A stretch of 63,548 bases of DNA from Octopus bimaculoides (taxonomy: Eukaryota): positions 57,322,550 to 57,386,097 of the forward strand of contig NC_068983.1 of NCBI RefSeq assembly GCF_001194135.2, read 5' to 3'. Positions 1-13,000 of the stretch are shown one piece after another; position 1 is the stretch's first letter, and every line of letters begins with the position of its first letter. The notes beneath the pieces were generated by a model. The model searched no databases. It saw nothing but the letters and a program-made list of their open reading frames with translations, and had not been told where the DNA came from. Made by a program: the position numbers and the translations under genes.

Positions 1-99
1 TATATATACATACATACATATATATCCCACCTCTCAACACCATCACACCACACCATCACACCACACACCACTACACCATACATCAGCATACCACACAGC

Positions 100-612
100 A
101 CATCACATCACATCACCACGCACACACTAGCACTGACCACTTTCCAGCCCCACATCTTCACACCTACACATACACACACACACACAAACACACATCAAGG
201 TCACCAAGCCTCTTCCACATGAACATACATGCTCTCTTACACACACGCACGCGCACCTTCGTTTTGTGGATCACTCCTACTTTATTATCTCCCCTTCTTC
301 CTAGCTCTCCTACGCTCTTCCACAGAAAGAAACACAGTAAGAAACAAGGAGAGAAAATAAAGAATGTGTAGTGGCTAGCGATCTATCATGGCAAATGCTG
401 GGTAGAAGGGTCACACAGGAGAGCTAGGAAGAAGGGGAGATAATAAACAGTGGTGATCTCAAAACGAAGGTGCACGTACGTGTGTATAAGAGAGCATGTA
501 TATGCACGTGGAAGCACACTGGTAACCTTGACTGTGTATGTGTGTGGATGATGGTGTGGGGCTGGGAAGTGGTCAATGCTAGTGTGTGCATGGTGGTGTG
601 ATGTGATGCGGT
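100..612. repeat. Long inverted repeat (arms ~100-311 and ~417-612) of a PLE-like repeat (family F)
   Basis: tttattatctccccttcttcctagctctcct (281-311) is the exact reverse complement of 417-447; diverged complementarity continues outward for ~200 bp; the loop holds a minus-strand family F segment ending in ctgtggaagagcgtagg. Confidence 0.85.
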
Positions 613-1737
613 GGTGTTGGGATGTGGGGTAGGTGAGAGTGGTGAAAGCAAGAGTAGGGTGTGGGTTAGGCTGACGGTGGGAATAGAGAAGGGGTATGTG
701 GGATGAGGTGTGGTGGGATGGATAGGGAAGGTGGGGCTGGATTGTGCAAGGGTGGGGTTACGAGGAAGGGGGTGACGATGAAGGGAGAGATGAAAGGGAG
801 AAGGTGGGTAGGAGTGAAGAGAAGAGAGAAGGAGAGTAGGAGTGAAGAGAAGAAGTAGGAGTTGGAGCAAGAGAGGAGAGGTGGGTGAGAGGCAGTAGGT
901 GGGAGAGAGATGAATTTTCACAACTTATTGTAGCTAATTTTAATCTGGCCACTCTATTTAAGCATCTATGATATTGTGTGTGTGTGTGCGTGTACAAAAA
1001 GAGATGAGAGGGCAGAGAGAGTGAAGTGAAGTAGAAATGGATATATTTGTTTTCCATTGATAATGTCACAGGTTTTATTTTAAACTTGGGACTNNNNNNN
1101 NNNNNNNNNNNNNNNNNNNNNNNNNNNNNNNNNNNNNNNNNNNNNNNNNNNNNNNNNNNNNNNNNNNNNNNNNNNNNNNNNNNNNNNNNNNNNNNNNNNN
1201 NNNNNNNNNNNNNNNNNNNNNNNNNNNNNNNNNNNNNNNNNNNNNNNNNNNNNNNNNNNNNNNNNNNNNNNNNNNNNNNNNNNNNNNNNNNNNNNNNNNN
1301 NNNNNNNNNNNNNNNNNNNNNNNNNNNNNNNNNNNNNNNNNNNNNNNNNNNNNNNNNNNNNNNNNNNNNNNNNNNNNNNNNNNNNNNNNNNNNNNNNNNN
1401 NNNNNNNNNNNNNNNNNNNNNNNNNNNNNNNNNNNNNNNNNNNNNNNNNNNNNNNNNNNNNNNNNNNNNNNNNNNNNNNNNNNNNNNNNNNNNNNNNNNN
1501 NNNNNNNNNNNNNNNNNNNNNNNNNNNNNNNNNNNNNNNNNNNNNNNNNNNNNNNNNNNNNNNNNNNNNNNNNNNNNNNNNNNNNNNNNNNNNNNNNNNN
1601 NNNNNNNNNNNNNNNNNNNNNNNNNNNNNNNNNNNNNNNNNNNNNNNNNNNNNNNNNNNNNNNNNNNNNNNNNNNNNNNNNNNNNNNNNNNNNNNNNNNN
1701 NNNNNNNNNNNNNNNNNNNNNNNNNNNNNNNNNNNNN

Positions 1738-1812
<75 letters not shown>

Positions 1813-1942
1813 ATTCCGAAGATGTTTAATGTCTATAATAAGAGATAATGTGAATTCTTTAATTTCATGAAAGACTAGTAACAACCGATACTAATCAGCC
1901 CTTAAAATAATATTGAATTTTAACATTAGTACATGGTTTGAA

Positions 1943-2014
<72 letters not shown>

Positions 2015-2030
2015 CATTATTATTAATATG

Positions 2031-2956
2031 ACAAGATGGCAGAATTGTTAGCATGCTGGGTGAAATACTTCGTGGTATATCATCTGTAACTATGTTCCGA
2101 GTTCAAATTCTGTTGAGGTTGACTTTGCCTTTCATCCTTTCGAGGTCGATTAAATAAGTACCAGCTAAACACTGGGGTAAATGTAATCAACTCTTCCCCT
2201 CCACTCGAAAAATTGTTGCCCTTATGGCAAAATTTTAAACTATTATTATTATTACATAGGCGTGGGAGTGGCTATGTGGTAAGTAGCTTGCTTACCAACC
2301 ACATGGTTCTGGGTTCAGTCCCACTGCGTGGCACCTTGGGCAAGTGTCTTCTACTATAGCCTCGGGCCGACCAAACCCTTGTGAGTGGATTTGCTAGACG
2401 GAAACTAAAAGAAGCCCGTCGTATATATATTTATATATGTATATGTACGTATATGTTTGTGTGTTTGTCCCTCCAACATCGCTTGACAACCGATGCTCGT
2501 GTGTTTACGTCCCCGTAACTTAGCGGTTCGGCAAAAGTGACCGATAGAATAAGTACTAGGCTTCCAAAAGAATAAGTCCTGGGGTCGATTTGCTCGACTA
2601 AAGGCGGTGCTCCAGCATGGCCACAGTCAAATGACTGAAACAAGTAAGAGAGAGAGTAAGAGAGTATTATTACTATTATTAAGATGATGAGCTGCCAGAA
2701 TTGTTAGCACCCTGGGCGAGATTCTTAGCGGTGTTTCGTTGGTCACTACATTCTGTGTTCAAATTCTGCCAAGGTTGACTTTCCCTTTAATCCTTTCGGG
2801 CGTCGATAAATTAAGTACCAGTGGATAAATTAAGTACCAGGTCAATGTGATTAACCGTCCCTCTCCCCACAAAATTTCAGGCCTTGTGCCTATAGTAGAA
2901 AGTATTATTATTATTACTATTGTTATTATTACTATTATTATTGTTACTACTACTAC

Positions 2957-3041
<85 letters not shown>

Positions 3042-3500
3042 TTTTTTATTATTATTATTATTAAGGTGGTGAGCTGGCAGAATCATTAGCATGCTGCATG
3101 AAATTCTTACCGGCATTTCACCCGTCGTTACATTGTCAGTTCAAATTCCTCCGAGATTGACTTTGCCTTTCATCCTTTCAGAGTCGATTGAATAAGTACC
3201 AGTTATGCACTGGGGTTGATGTAATCGACTTAATCCCTTCCCCCAACTTTGGGGCGTTGTGCTTCCAGTAGAAAGGATTATTATTAAGACGGAGAGCTGG
3301 CAGGACCACTAGCAGGCCAGGCGAAATACTTAGCAGTATTTTGTCTGTCTTTACATTCCGCGTTCAAATTCTACCGAGGTTGATTTTTGCCTTTCATCCT
3401 TTTGGGGGTTGATAAAATAAGTACCAGTTGAACACTGGGGATGATGTAATCAATTAATCCACTTCCCTAGAACTGCTGGCCTTATGCCAAAATTTGAAAC
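2031..3500 (+). mobile_element. Cluster of four family B tRNA-derived SINEs (Deu/Nin-like central domain) separated by (ATT)n, with one family A SINE in between
   Basis: Copies at ~2031-2240, 2681-2900, 3064-3280 and 3287-3500 share gagctggcagaa...gagttcaaattc (B box)...gactttgcctttcatcctttcggggtcgataaattaagtaccag; assignment of this motif to the Deu/Nin domain is from memory. Confidence 0.85.
2259..2665 (+). mobile_element. Family A tRNA-derived SINE, full length
   Basis: A box tggctatgtgg, B-box-like gggttcagtccc, CORE-like ccttgggcaagtgtctt, internal (TG)n, tail ccagcatggccacagtcaaatgactgaaacaagtaa; more than 10 copies in the window. Confidence 0.9.
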
Positions 3501-3889
3501 CATTATTATCATTTTTGTTATTTTTGTTTGATTTTGTTGGGGGACAAGACTGGATGAGATGGTTCGGTCTGTTATTTTTATGAAGTGAAACAAAACATAA
3601 ATTCGACATTGATGGAATCAACCCTTAAAAACATTAGAAGGCATGAATTACATGCATGTCTGTGAGTGTCATGTGTGCCTGTGTGTCTGCGTGTGTGTGT
3701 GTGCTGAATTAAGCAGCCAAGAATTCTATGAGACAATTATCAAATAAAGAAATGGAGCATAATGAAGATTCCATAATACTTGGATTTTAAGGAACCTGTC
3801 AACCACCACCATCAATCTACTGCAAAAATACCTCTGTATGTATGTGTATATATACATAATATATATATACATATATACATATTGTCGCC

Positions 3890-3932
<43 letters not shown>

Positions 3933-4871
3933 AAATATTAAATGAGTATATACATATATACGTACAGATATGTGCATACCGACATCCACCTGTATGTATA
4001 GGTGCATATCTGGGTACAGGACATTGCAAACAAAACGTAGACGAGAATTCACACGAGCCACATAGAGAACATTCTACTTCATCAGCTACCCCCGTTTAAC
4101 ACCGGCGTTTCGAAGAGCTGGGCAGGANNNNNNNNNNNNNNNNNNNNNNNNNNNNNNNNNNNNNNNNNNNNNNNNNNNNNNNNNNNNNNNNNNNNNNNNN
4201 NNNNNNNNNNNNNNNNNNNNNNNNNNNNNNNNNNNNNNNNNNNNNNNNNNNNNNNNNNNNNNNNNNNNNNNNNNNNNNNNNNNNNNNNNNNNNNNNNNNN
4301 NNNNNNNNNNNNNNNNNNNNNNNNNNNNNNNNNNNNNNNNNNNNNNNNNNNNNNNNNNNNNNNNNNNNNNNNNNNNNNNNNNNNNNNNNNNNNNNNNNNN
4401 NNNNNNNNNNNNNNNNNNNNNNNNNNNNNNNNNNNNNNNNNNNNNNNNNNNNNNNNNNNNNNNNNNNNNNNNNNNNNNNNNNNNNNNNNNNNNNNNNNNN
4501 NNNNNNNNNNNNNNNNNNNNNNNNNNNNNNNNNNNNNNNNNNNNNNNNNNNNNNNNNNNNNNNNNNNNAGGAAGTAGAAGAATAGGTGAGCAACGAGAGG
4601 AAAAGAGAAAGAGAGGAAGTACGAGGGGGGAAAAAAGAGATACGTAGTAGTAACAGAGAAAGAACGAGAGGGGTAAAGCGAGATACGTAGTAGTAAAGAG
4701 GAAGAACGAGAGGGGGAAAAAGGATAGAGGAAGAGAAAGAGATAGTGTAGCGTCGGAAAATATGAAGTTACGAAAACTACTTACAAATAGTAAATGAGTA
4801 TATGCATATATACGTACAGGTATATGCATACCGACATCCACCTGTACACACATATATATACACACATATAT

Positions 4872-4906
<35 letters not shown>

Positions 4907-5019
4907 CATTGTCACCATTTTATATTTTTAATTTCACGCATGTGCATTGTTTTTTATTTTGTCGACTACACAGTATAGTAGGGTCAGTTGGGTACTGTCT
5001 ATGAGAAAAACAATATCAT

Positions 5020-5760
5020 GACGCAATTCACTCTGCCAGAAATTTGGAAATGACAAGCTGTACTGCTTGGCATATGTACTGTTTCAGATTGTTCAGTTGT
5101 CAATCTGAGGACAGTGTTATCTGAAGACATGTTCCGAGCATGATAAAGAACAAACATCCAGTCAATATCATAGGGTTTGGAGTGATCAGTAGTGATGGTG
5201 AGATTATGCCTCCATTCATCTTCTCACACAGTCTCAGACTCAATACAGAGGCCTACTTCAAGTACATGGGGGAGGTAGTGTTGCCCTGGATGAAGAGGGT
5301 GGCTGCTGGAAGACCCTATGTCTGGCAACAAGACCATACACCATGCCACAGAAACGGGAGGACCCAGTCGTGGCTACCAGACAATTTTTGTGACTACATC
5401 ACTCCTAAAATCTGGCCACCTAACTCGCCACCTTAGAATCCCCTTGATTATGATGTGTGGGGTGCAGTTGAGTAAAAGACCAACAACACTCCTTGTAACA
5501 CCAAAGATGAACTGAAGGAAAGAATTGTGGCAGCATTCACCAACTTAAGCAAAAACACCACCCAGAAGAGTTGCAAAAGATTCCAAAGTCGTGTAGAGGC
5601 CGTGGTTGAAGCCAATGGCGATTTAATTGAATAAATTTACTCTTTAGTATTTCAAGTTATTTTTATATAATTTTGGTAAATATATCTGTTAAAATGAAAT
5701 GTTAGTTTTATTTTCATTTTAGCATAATTTAGACAAAAGTCTATTCACCGCACCCTGTAT
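5020..5760 (+). mobile_element. Internally deleted DD37D (maT-like) Tc1/mariner transposon, transposase pseudogene
   Basis: Translation KHPVNIIGFGVISSDGEIMPPFIF...YVWQQDHTPCH...IWPPNSPP*NPLDYDVWG...VEANGDLIE*; 37 residues between the QQD and NPLD aspartates; right end caccgcaccctgta. Confidence 0.85.
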
Positions 5761-6534
5761 ATACATATGAAGAGAAAACAAATGCCATTTAAAATTTACA
5801 TTGTTTTAGTCTAGCCTTCTTTGAATTGATGTATCCAAGTTCTAGGAACATGTATGTATGTATGTATGTATGATGAGCTCCTTTCAATTCCTGTCTCCAA
5901 AATCTACACACACATGCACACATACACAAGGCTTTGGTTGGCCCAAGGACAAAGTAGAAAACAATGGCTTAAAGTACAGCACAGTAGAACTGAACCTGAG
6001 TCTACATGATTGAAAATAACCTTCTTAACTACACAGTCACATCTGCGATCTCTATGCCTCTGCTTCCATTTTGTATAATACTTCAATACGCTCTGCTTTT
6101 ACTTCAAATCTTACTAATTTTAATGAAATACGCATCAGAAATTAAAAATTCACAAGTAAATTAACATTCAATAATTGAATAATCACACATTTATTGCGTG
6201 TCTCTCTCTATAAAGATTAAACATAATGATAATGGCGTAATTATTACTTATGCATTGAAGGGCCATAGCAGAGAATAAACTTTCAGTAACAAGTCATTTC
6301 TTGGTCATAACAGTCTTTCGTACCTTTCAGAAAGACGTGAATGTCATTTAATTTCTATTTCTCTTCCCATATAAATTGTTCAGAATTGAGAGCTCAGTCA
6401 TAAATGCAGAAAATAAAAGTATCACAGACATGAGAAAAGATCATAAATAAAGCTGTAAACTCAAAGAGCTGTTGATGCAACAAATGCTTAAAATTGGGAA
6501 GAACAAGAGACAATTATATTTCCATCAACGAACA

Positions 6535-6850
6535 CTCTGTCAGTTATGACGATGGGTGTTGCAGATGATCCAGTAAACAGAACAGCCAAATTGTGAAATC
6601 AAGATGCAAGTGACTGAGTATCCCACAACCAAGGGTACCCTTAACCTTATAGTTAAGGAGATTCAGCATGATACAGAGTGCGACAAGTCTGCTCCTTTCA
6701 AATACAACTCACTTTTGCCAGCTGAACTGACTAGAGTTACATAAAATAAAGCGTCTTTCTCAAGGATACAACGCACCCCCTAGGAATCGAACTCTCAATC
6801 TTATGACCACAAGCCAAATGCTAATAACCACTAAGCCACATGCATTCACT
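6535..6850 (-). mobile_element. Family D tRNA/CORE-type SINE
   Basis: Minus-strand tRNA head (tggcttagtggtt...gagttcgattcc) followed by ccttgagaaagacgcttt...cagctggcaaaagtgag; related to 8620-8835, 9118-9300 and 42880-43030. Confidence 0.75.
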
Positions 6851-6871
6851 GTCTCTATTAAATCACACGAA

Positions 6872-7310
6872 AGCTTGCTTACCAACCACATGGTTCCGAG
6901 TTTAGTCCCAATGCGTGGCACCTTGGGCAAGTGTCTTCTACTATAGCCTCAGGCCGACCAAAGCCTTGTGAATGTATTTGGTAGGCGGAAACTGAAAGAA
7001 GCCNNNNNNNNNNNNNNNNNNNNNNNNNNNNNNNNNNNNNNNNNNNNNNNNNNNNNNNNNNNNNNNNNNNNNNNNNNNNNNNNNNNNNNNNNNNNNNNNN
7101 NNNNNNNNNNNNNNNNNNNNNNNNNNNNNNNNNNNNNNNNNNNNNNNNNCATTTACGTCCCCGCAACTTAGCGGTTTGGCAAAAGAGACTGATAGAATAA
7201 GTACTAGGCTTACAAAGAATAAGTCCTGGAATCGATTTGCTCCACCAAAGGCGGTGCTCCAGCATGGCCACAAGTCAAATGACTGAAACAAGTAAAAGAA
7301 TAAAAGAATA
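6872..7310 (+). mobile_element. Family A SINE (5'-truncated, spans an N gap)
   Basis: Matches 2259-2665 on both sides of the gap. Confidence 0.85.
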
Positions 7311-7369
7311 TATATATATATATATATATGATGGATTCTCTTTTTGTGAATAATAAATGATGGTTCAGA

Positions 7370-7640
7370 AAAATGAAGCATTGATCATGTTCTACAAACA
7401 CAAACGTGTCTCTTGAGGTGGTCCGCTGGTGTCTCATGCCACAAAACCACAATGAGAGATAAGGTTCCCATTTAGAGGAGCAGCGTTTGGCCAACGTGCC
7501 TTCAGGCTTGCATGAAGTTGGGAGGCCACTCTTGAGCATTCAAAGACAAACTAAAAGGCCATCTGAAGCAATGCAACATTCCCTTTTTCTTTCTGGGAAA
7601 ACTAAGCATCAGAACGCAGGACATGGCTCCAGTCCTGCCA
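7370..7640 (+). pseudogene. Degraded RTE (BovB-like) LINE ORF2 C-terminal fragment
   Basis: Frameshifted ...EVGRPLL/FKDKLKGHLKQCNI...WEN*ASERRTW, resembling the RTE GRP..RFKD.LK..LK.C.I..WE..A.DR..W motif. Confidence 0.6.
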
Positions 7641-7674
7641 CTCCTTAGTTCAAACATATGTATAAATAAATATA

Positions 7675-7862
7675 TGTATTGTGAGAATTTACAAAAAGAC
7701 AAAAGATGACGGGTGTGTAAATAACAAATAGATGTATTAGTTTAATGCTCAGGAAGTGAGAAAATCTTTTACATTTCGAGCCTACGCTCTTCGACAGAAA
7801 GGAACACAGAAATAAACAGCAAGAGAAAATAGAAAAAGGTTTAGTAGCTAACAATCTGTCAT
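7675..7862 (-). mobile_element. Family F PLE-like terminal repeat with a variant minimal hammerhead (7767-7801)
   Basis: Minus strand cttt CTGTCGA A GAGC gtag GCTC GAAAT GTA aaag; homologous to 22310-22555. Confidence 0.75.
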
Positions 7863-7873
7863 ATATATGTGTG

Positions 7874-7904
<31 letters not shown>

Positions 7905-8619
7905 TATATGAATGTATGTATGTATGTATTTATGTACATGTGTGTATGTATGTGAGTATGTGTTTGCGATCATCTTGCTCGGATACAGGTGAAGGTTAGG
8001 ATGGGTGTCCACCTACAGAAAACTTGTCTCAGTAATTTCTGTTTAACCCATGGAAGCATGGAAACGGGAACTTTAAATAGTATGGGTGGTGATGATGATG
8101 ACAATGACAGCGATTACAAGACTTGCTTTAAGTAAGTGTTTATTAAAACTAATATTTCGTTTCAGAAATTAAATGAATTTTCCGAAAGGAAAAATAAAAT
8201 TGTATACAAGGAGGATATATGTAACGAAATATCTATATATTCAATATTACATACCATATTTTTCTTTTACTGGAGTTTTATTCGTTAAAGAGGAAAAAAT
8301 AAAATGAATGTTTATCTGCTGAACAATGAGAAGGAAAAACTGTCTTCTTGGAAGAAAGCAGAAAGTGTACATATTTCATATATTTTGAACAATTAAAAAT
8401 AAAATTCTATCACAACGTGTAGTGGATAAGTGAAACTGAAAACTAATTGAATTCTAGTTTTAGAAAAAAAAACGGTTGGGAGAAAATAATCTACAATAAT
8501 ATTATTCAAAGTATTTCTTGAAAAGCAATCAAAAAATATTTGGATGTAAAAATAATGGAACTATAGAATAAAAGCACATGTGTGTGTATGTGTGTATATT
8601 ATTTCTTCTGGCACGACAC

Positions 8620-8835
8620 CTTTTAACATAGTTTTCAGGGGAAGTTCAGCAGAACAGAGAATGTGACAAGGGCTGGCCCTCTGAAGTACAAGAACAACTC
8701 GTTTTTGCCAACTGATTGGACTGGAGTTACATGAAATGAAGTATCTTGCTCAAAGAGGCAACGCACCTCTGAGAATTGAAGTCACGACCTTAATGCTCAT
8801 GAGCTAAATGCCCTATCTGCTAACCACACACTTAG
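8620..8835 (-). mobile_element. Family D tRNA/CORE-type SINE, degraded
   Basis: Same CORE block (tttttgccaactgattggactggag...tcttgctcaa) and tRNA head as 6535-6850. Confidence 0.7.
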
Positions 8836-9117
8836 TTTGAAGATAAAGAGGCAAGTCTGAGAGAAATGTTCTTTACTAGGTGATTTGATAATGATTTTAG
8901 GGTGGTTGGATTGTTAACGTATATACTGATTGTTTTTTTGCCAATGCTTTTGGGTTGGTTGAATTGTTTATTGAATGTTTTCATTTATAATGTTGAGGTC
9001 GTTGGGTTGTGTATCTATATACTAAATTCTTAACTCTGCTTCATCGTACCTTTCCTGATTAAATTAACGTTTTTGGTTTTGTTTTATTTTTGTTATGTTT
9101 CTCATATTTATATCATC

Positions 9118-9481
9118 GTGGCGCTCCGTTGGTGACGACGACGAGGGTTCCAGTTGATCTGATCAACGGAACAAACTGCTCGTGAAATAAACATGCAAGT
9201 GGCTGAGCACTCCACAGACACGTGTACCCTAAACGTAGTTCTCGGGGAGATTCAGTGTGACACAGTATGTGACAAGGCTGGCCGTTTGAATTACAGGCAC
9301 AAAAGAAACAGGAAGAAAGAGTGAGAGGAAGTTGTGAAGGGGTATAGCAGAGTTCGCCACTAGCCCCTGCCGGAGAATCGTGGGGCTTTAGGTGTTTTTG
9401 CTCAATAAACACTCACAACGCCCGGTTCAAGGAATCGAATCCGCAAATCCGCTTCCCTAACCATTGTGCCATTACGCCTCT
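9118..9481 (-). mobile_element. Family D tail (9118-9300) joined to a family E tRNA-derived SINE (9310-9481)
   Basis: Minus-strand head gaggcgtaatggcacaatggttagg...gattcgattcc, then gtgtttattgagcaaaaacacctaaagc; a second family E copy lies at 28447-28575 (+). Confidence 0.75.
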
Positions 9482-10920
9482 ACATTTATAGAACACAAAA
9501 ATTAAATTACGAGAAAACCAGCACTATAACACCCCATTTACGTTGACGTAATTTCTATAAAATATAATTTTATAAACCATCTTTTCACCTCCCACACATG
9601 ACAAAAACAAATACAAAGAAATACTTTTACTTGGAACAAACCATTGTGAAGAGACAGAGGGAGAATAAGACATATTTTTTGTCCTTTTAAAGTTTTATTA
9701 AATTAAGATGTTCTTCTCTATATTTTAGATGAGTGAAATTATTGTTTCGTTGATACTTCGTTCAAAATTCTAAAATTCAAATTTTGTATTTTGCACAAAA
9801 ACTTGTGGCATTTTATTTCCTAAAAGTTAAGATGAGAGGTTAAGAACATTTTTTGCTGTTTTAAATGTGAATCTTGAATCTTTCGGTGTTGAATGCGATA
9901 AAAGTGTTTGCTTTAAATAAACAAAAGAAAAGACAAAATATTTGTGTTAGTGGTGATTGCATTGTTTTTACTTTTTATGAGGGGTCTAATGCTTAAGATA
10001 CATGGATTTAATTTTTTTTCTTCTAAACATGTAGATTATATGTAATTCAATATAAACAATAAAGTAACATGTGGTGAAAATTTCTTGTTAATAATGATGG
10101 CTTTCGTGAAGGTACGAGAAAGAGGTAACGTTTAAAAATAAATGGATCTTTATTTGTTTCTGTTGCTTTTAGAAAAAGCTTCCTCATCATTTTGAATTGA
10201 ATGGTTAAAAAAAATTGTAATACGATAACATGTGGGAAAATCCCGAAAAAGGACGGAAAATTTTGATTTATGCATGACAGCATTTCCATAGGTTCACCAA
10301 AATTACTACTGATAATTGTTTGTAATATTGGATCCATCGAGAAAAAATACTAGGATAAAGCTGAGTGTATGAATATTTAATGAGTGCTGTTTGTGACGCA
10401 ATCATAAAAGCTATAAAGAAATTCAATACAAGTTAGTCGTTTTACCATTTCGATGTGTTTAATAATTGTGAGCAAACTCTATGAGTATCGTACAGTTCGT
10501 CACCATATCACACGTATTTCGGCCATTTCATTTCTTTCACAGAATTAAAAAACACAGAGTATTTAAACAGCGTAAGGTACTCGAGTTACGCAATAAAAGT
10601 AAATGATGTCAGGTTATATTAAATATGTTATTAATTATTACATCATAAGAGAAATATTAGAAAAGAATAATAGCTTGGCATTATATTCCAGTATCAAAGC
10701 GAAAAAGGATTACATTTCCGCATGACAATATTTCCTTGGTTGGCAATTTTAAACGGAAATGTCTAAAATGGCGGAAAAACAATTTAAGAATTTATAATAG
10801 TTTGTCTCAAATTTATAGGAGACTAGCAGTGGTATTGCATTGCATAAGACTAACACATGCATTATATATACAAATTATATATGTATACACACACACACAC
10901 ACACATATATATTTATGTAA

Positions 10921-10968
<48 letters not shown>

Positions 10969-11529
10969 GTGTTATGGCTTTTTCACAATCTAATAATCCT
11001 ATACTGTAATTCGATGAATAATTTTATAAAGATCAAGAAACTGACATTTATTTTGCTTTATTTGAAAACAACATCACCCCCAACCTAAGACAGTGATCAC
11101 CACTTTTGACCCAAATTCTAGCAGGGTTCATAACGCCAGCTCAAGTTTCTACCAAACTTGGTGTGCTGACTCAATGCAATGCAGAAATAGTATATCTGAA
11201 ATGTCATCTTTCTAGTTGAAGTAGTTTCGGAGTTATGGGCTTTTAAAACCATAATCACTAGGTGGCACTAGCTCCACATTTCAGTATTTCCGCTGCCTAC
11301 ATCCTTGTAAATGCAAGAGAGATGTGGAATAAAAGTGTATTTATACATTTTAAAGATTACTGAATTGAAATTGCTCTATGCAAAGGTTCAAAACTAGGCT
11401 GTTTTAAGACAGAAGCCACTACAAGCATTCGATAACATACAGAATTAAAAACAATACATATTTTAACTTTATTGGTTTATTTCCAATTTTAACTGTATAA
11501 GAGAAAGGGTGCTGAATGTTGGCAAACTA

Positions 11530-11950
11530 TTAAACATAAAGAATTAATGTTTTGTTAGATAAAATAAATTGAAGCATACGTTTCTCCTTTTTACAGACAT
11601 CATAAAGATCTTGGAGGCACTTCATTGCCCGTTCTGCATTCTGATTTGTTCTGGGAATTTCCAGTTTTGATGGTTCTCGGCTCCATAAGGTTTTTACAGA
11701 GTTCAATGCTTTTTTATGAACTTGCAGGCTACCACATAACTTCTGATAATCATGTGCATTGAACATTTGGTCAGTAAACCAAAAATCTGCCCAGCTGTAA
11801 GAGATGAATCAACAAACACTGAGAAGCAAAGCTCTATTCTCTGGTAGAAGAATAAATGCCAAAAGAGTTAGTATTGCTTGAGAATTCCATCTTGCCTTAT
11901 TTAAGTTGGATCTTTTTGAAACTTTACGGTTTCTTTTATATAATATATAC
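11530..11950 (-). pseudogene. Degenerate transposase-like C-terminal fragment of an unclassified DNA transposon
   Basis: One frame reads NKARWNSQAILTLLAFILLPENRALLLSVC*FISYSWADFWFTDQMFNAHDYQKL...WSREPSKLEIPRTNQNAERAMKCLQDLY, with a single stop; the N-x-x-AER-x-x-K motif is transposase-like. Confidence 0.55.
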
Positions 11951-12082
11951 ATATATACACACACATATATAAATGTATATCTGTCTATGTATGTAGATGG
12001 GTTGACAGATGATTCTTGAAATGAACCTAAATATACATCGTAAGTAATTTAGAGACTAATATTGTGTTAATAAATATTGGCT

Positions 12083-12320
12083 GCATGGCAGTGAGCTGGC
12101 AGAAACGTTAGCACGCCAGGTGAATGATTAGCGGTATTTTGTCTGTCTTTACGTTCTGAGTTCAAATTCCGCCGAGGTCGACTTTGCTTTTCATCCGTTC
12201 GGGGTCGATTAAATAAGTACCAGTTACGCACTGGGGTCGATGTAATCTACGTAATTCCTTTGTCTGTCCTTGTTTGTCCCCTCTATGTTTAGCCCCCTGT
12301 GGGCAATAAAAAAATAAATA
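12083..12320 (+). mobile_element. Family B SINE subfamily with an L1/Tx1-like 3' tail
   Basis: Family B head and central domain, then tttgtcccctctatgtttagccccctgtgggcaataaa, matching 19120-19170. Confidence 0.85.
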
Positions 12321-12344
12321 TTGTGTTGAGAAATATCGACTGCA

Positions 12345-13000
12345 AGCAGTGAGCTGGCAGAAACGTTAGAACACCAGGCGAAATGCTTAGTGATATTTCG
12401 TTTGTCTTTATGTTCTGAGTTCAAATTCTGCCAAGGTCATCTTCGCCATTAATCATTTCGGGGTCGATAAACTAAGAACCAGTAAAACACTGCGGTCGAT
12501 TTTATCGACTAGTCCCCTCCCCCAAAATTTCAAGGCCTTGTCCCTTCAATAGAAAGAATTATTATTTCATGTATTATCATCAAGATTTAGTATCCCGTTA
12601 TCTCTTTACTTGCAGACTTCCGCCAATGCCGTGCTTTATATTTCATATTTTAAATGATGTACTGACAACCTTTTTGCTTTTACAATTACTGTAACGTCTT
12701 CTTTTATTTTTTATTGTCCAGTGTTTCATTTTTCTATTTATTATCTTATGCATTAGGGTTTTTTGTAGTATTTTTATATGTTAAATCAGCGAGCTGGCAG
12801 AAACGTTAGCCAACAGGAAAAATGCTTAGCTGTATTTCATCTGTTTTTACATTCTGAGTTCAAATTCCGCCGAGGTCAACTCTGCCTTTCATCCTTTCGG
12901 AGACGATAAATTAAGCAGCAGTTGCATACTGGGGTCGACCTAAGCGACTGTCCCCGCCCTAAAAAATGTCAGGCCTTGTGCCCAGAGTAGAAAAGAATAT
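12345..13000 (+). mobile_element. Two family B SINEs (12345-12560 and 12788-13000) with the standard tail
   Basis: Tail caggccttgtgcccagagtagaaaagaat. Confidence 0.85.

Noticed and set aside
1047-1884. ORFs spanning N runs (also 4086-4883, 16338-17060, 31271-32206, 52843-54017, 62503-63042)
   Set aside because: Artefacts of assembly gaps and flanking microsatellites.
10047-10337. 96-aa minus-strand ORF
   Set aside because: AT-rich, no motif and no splice context.
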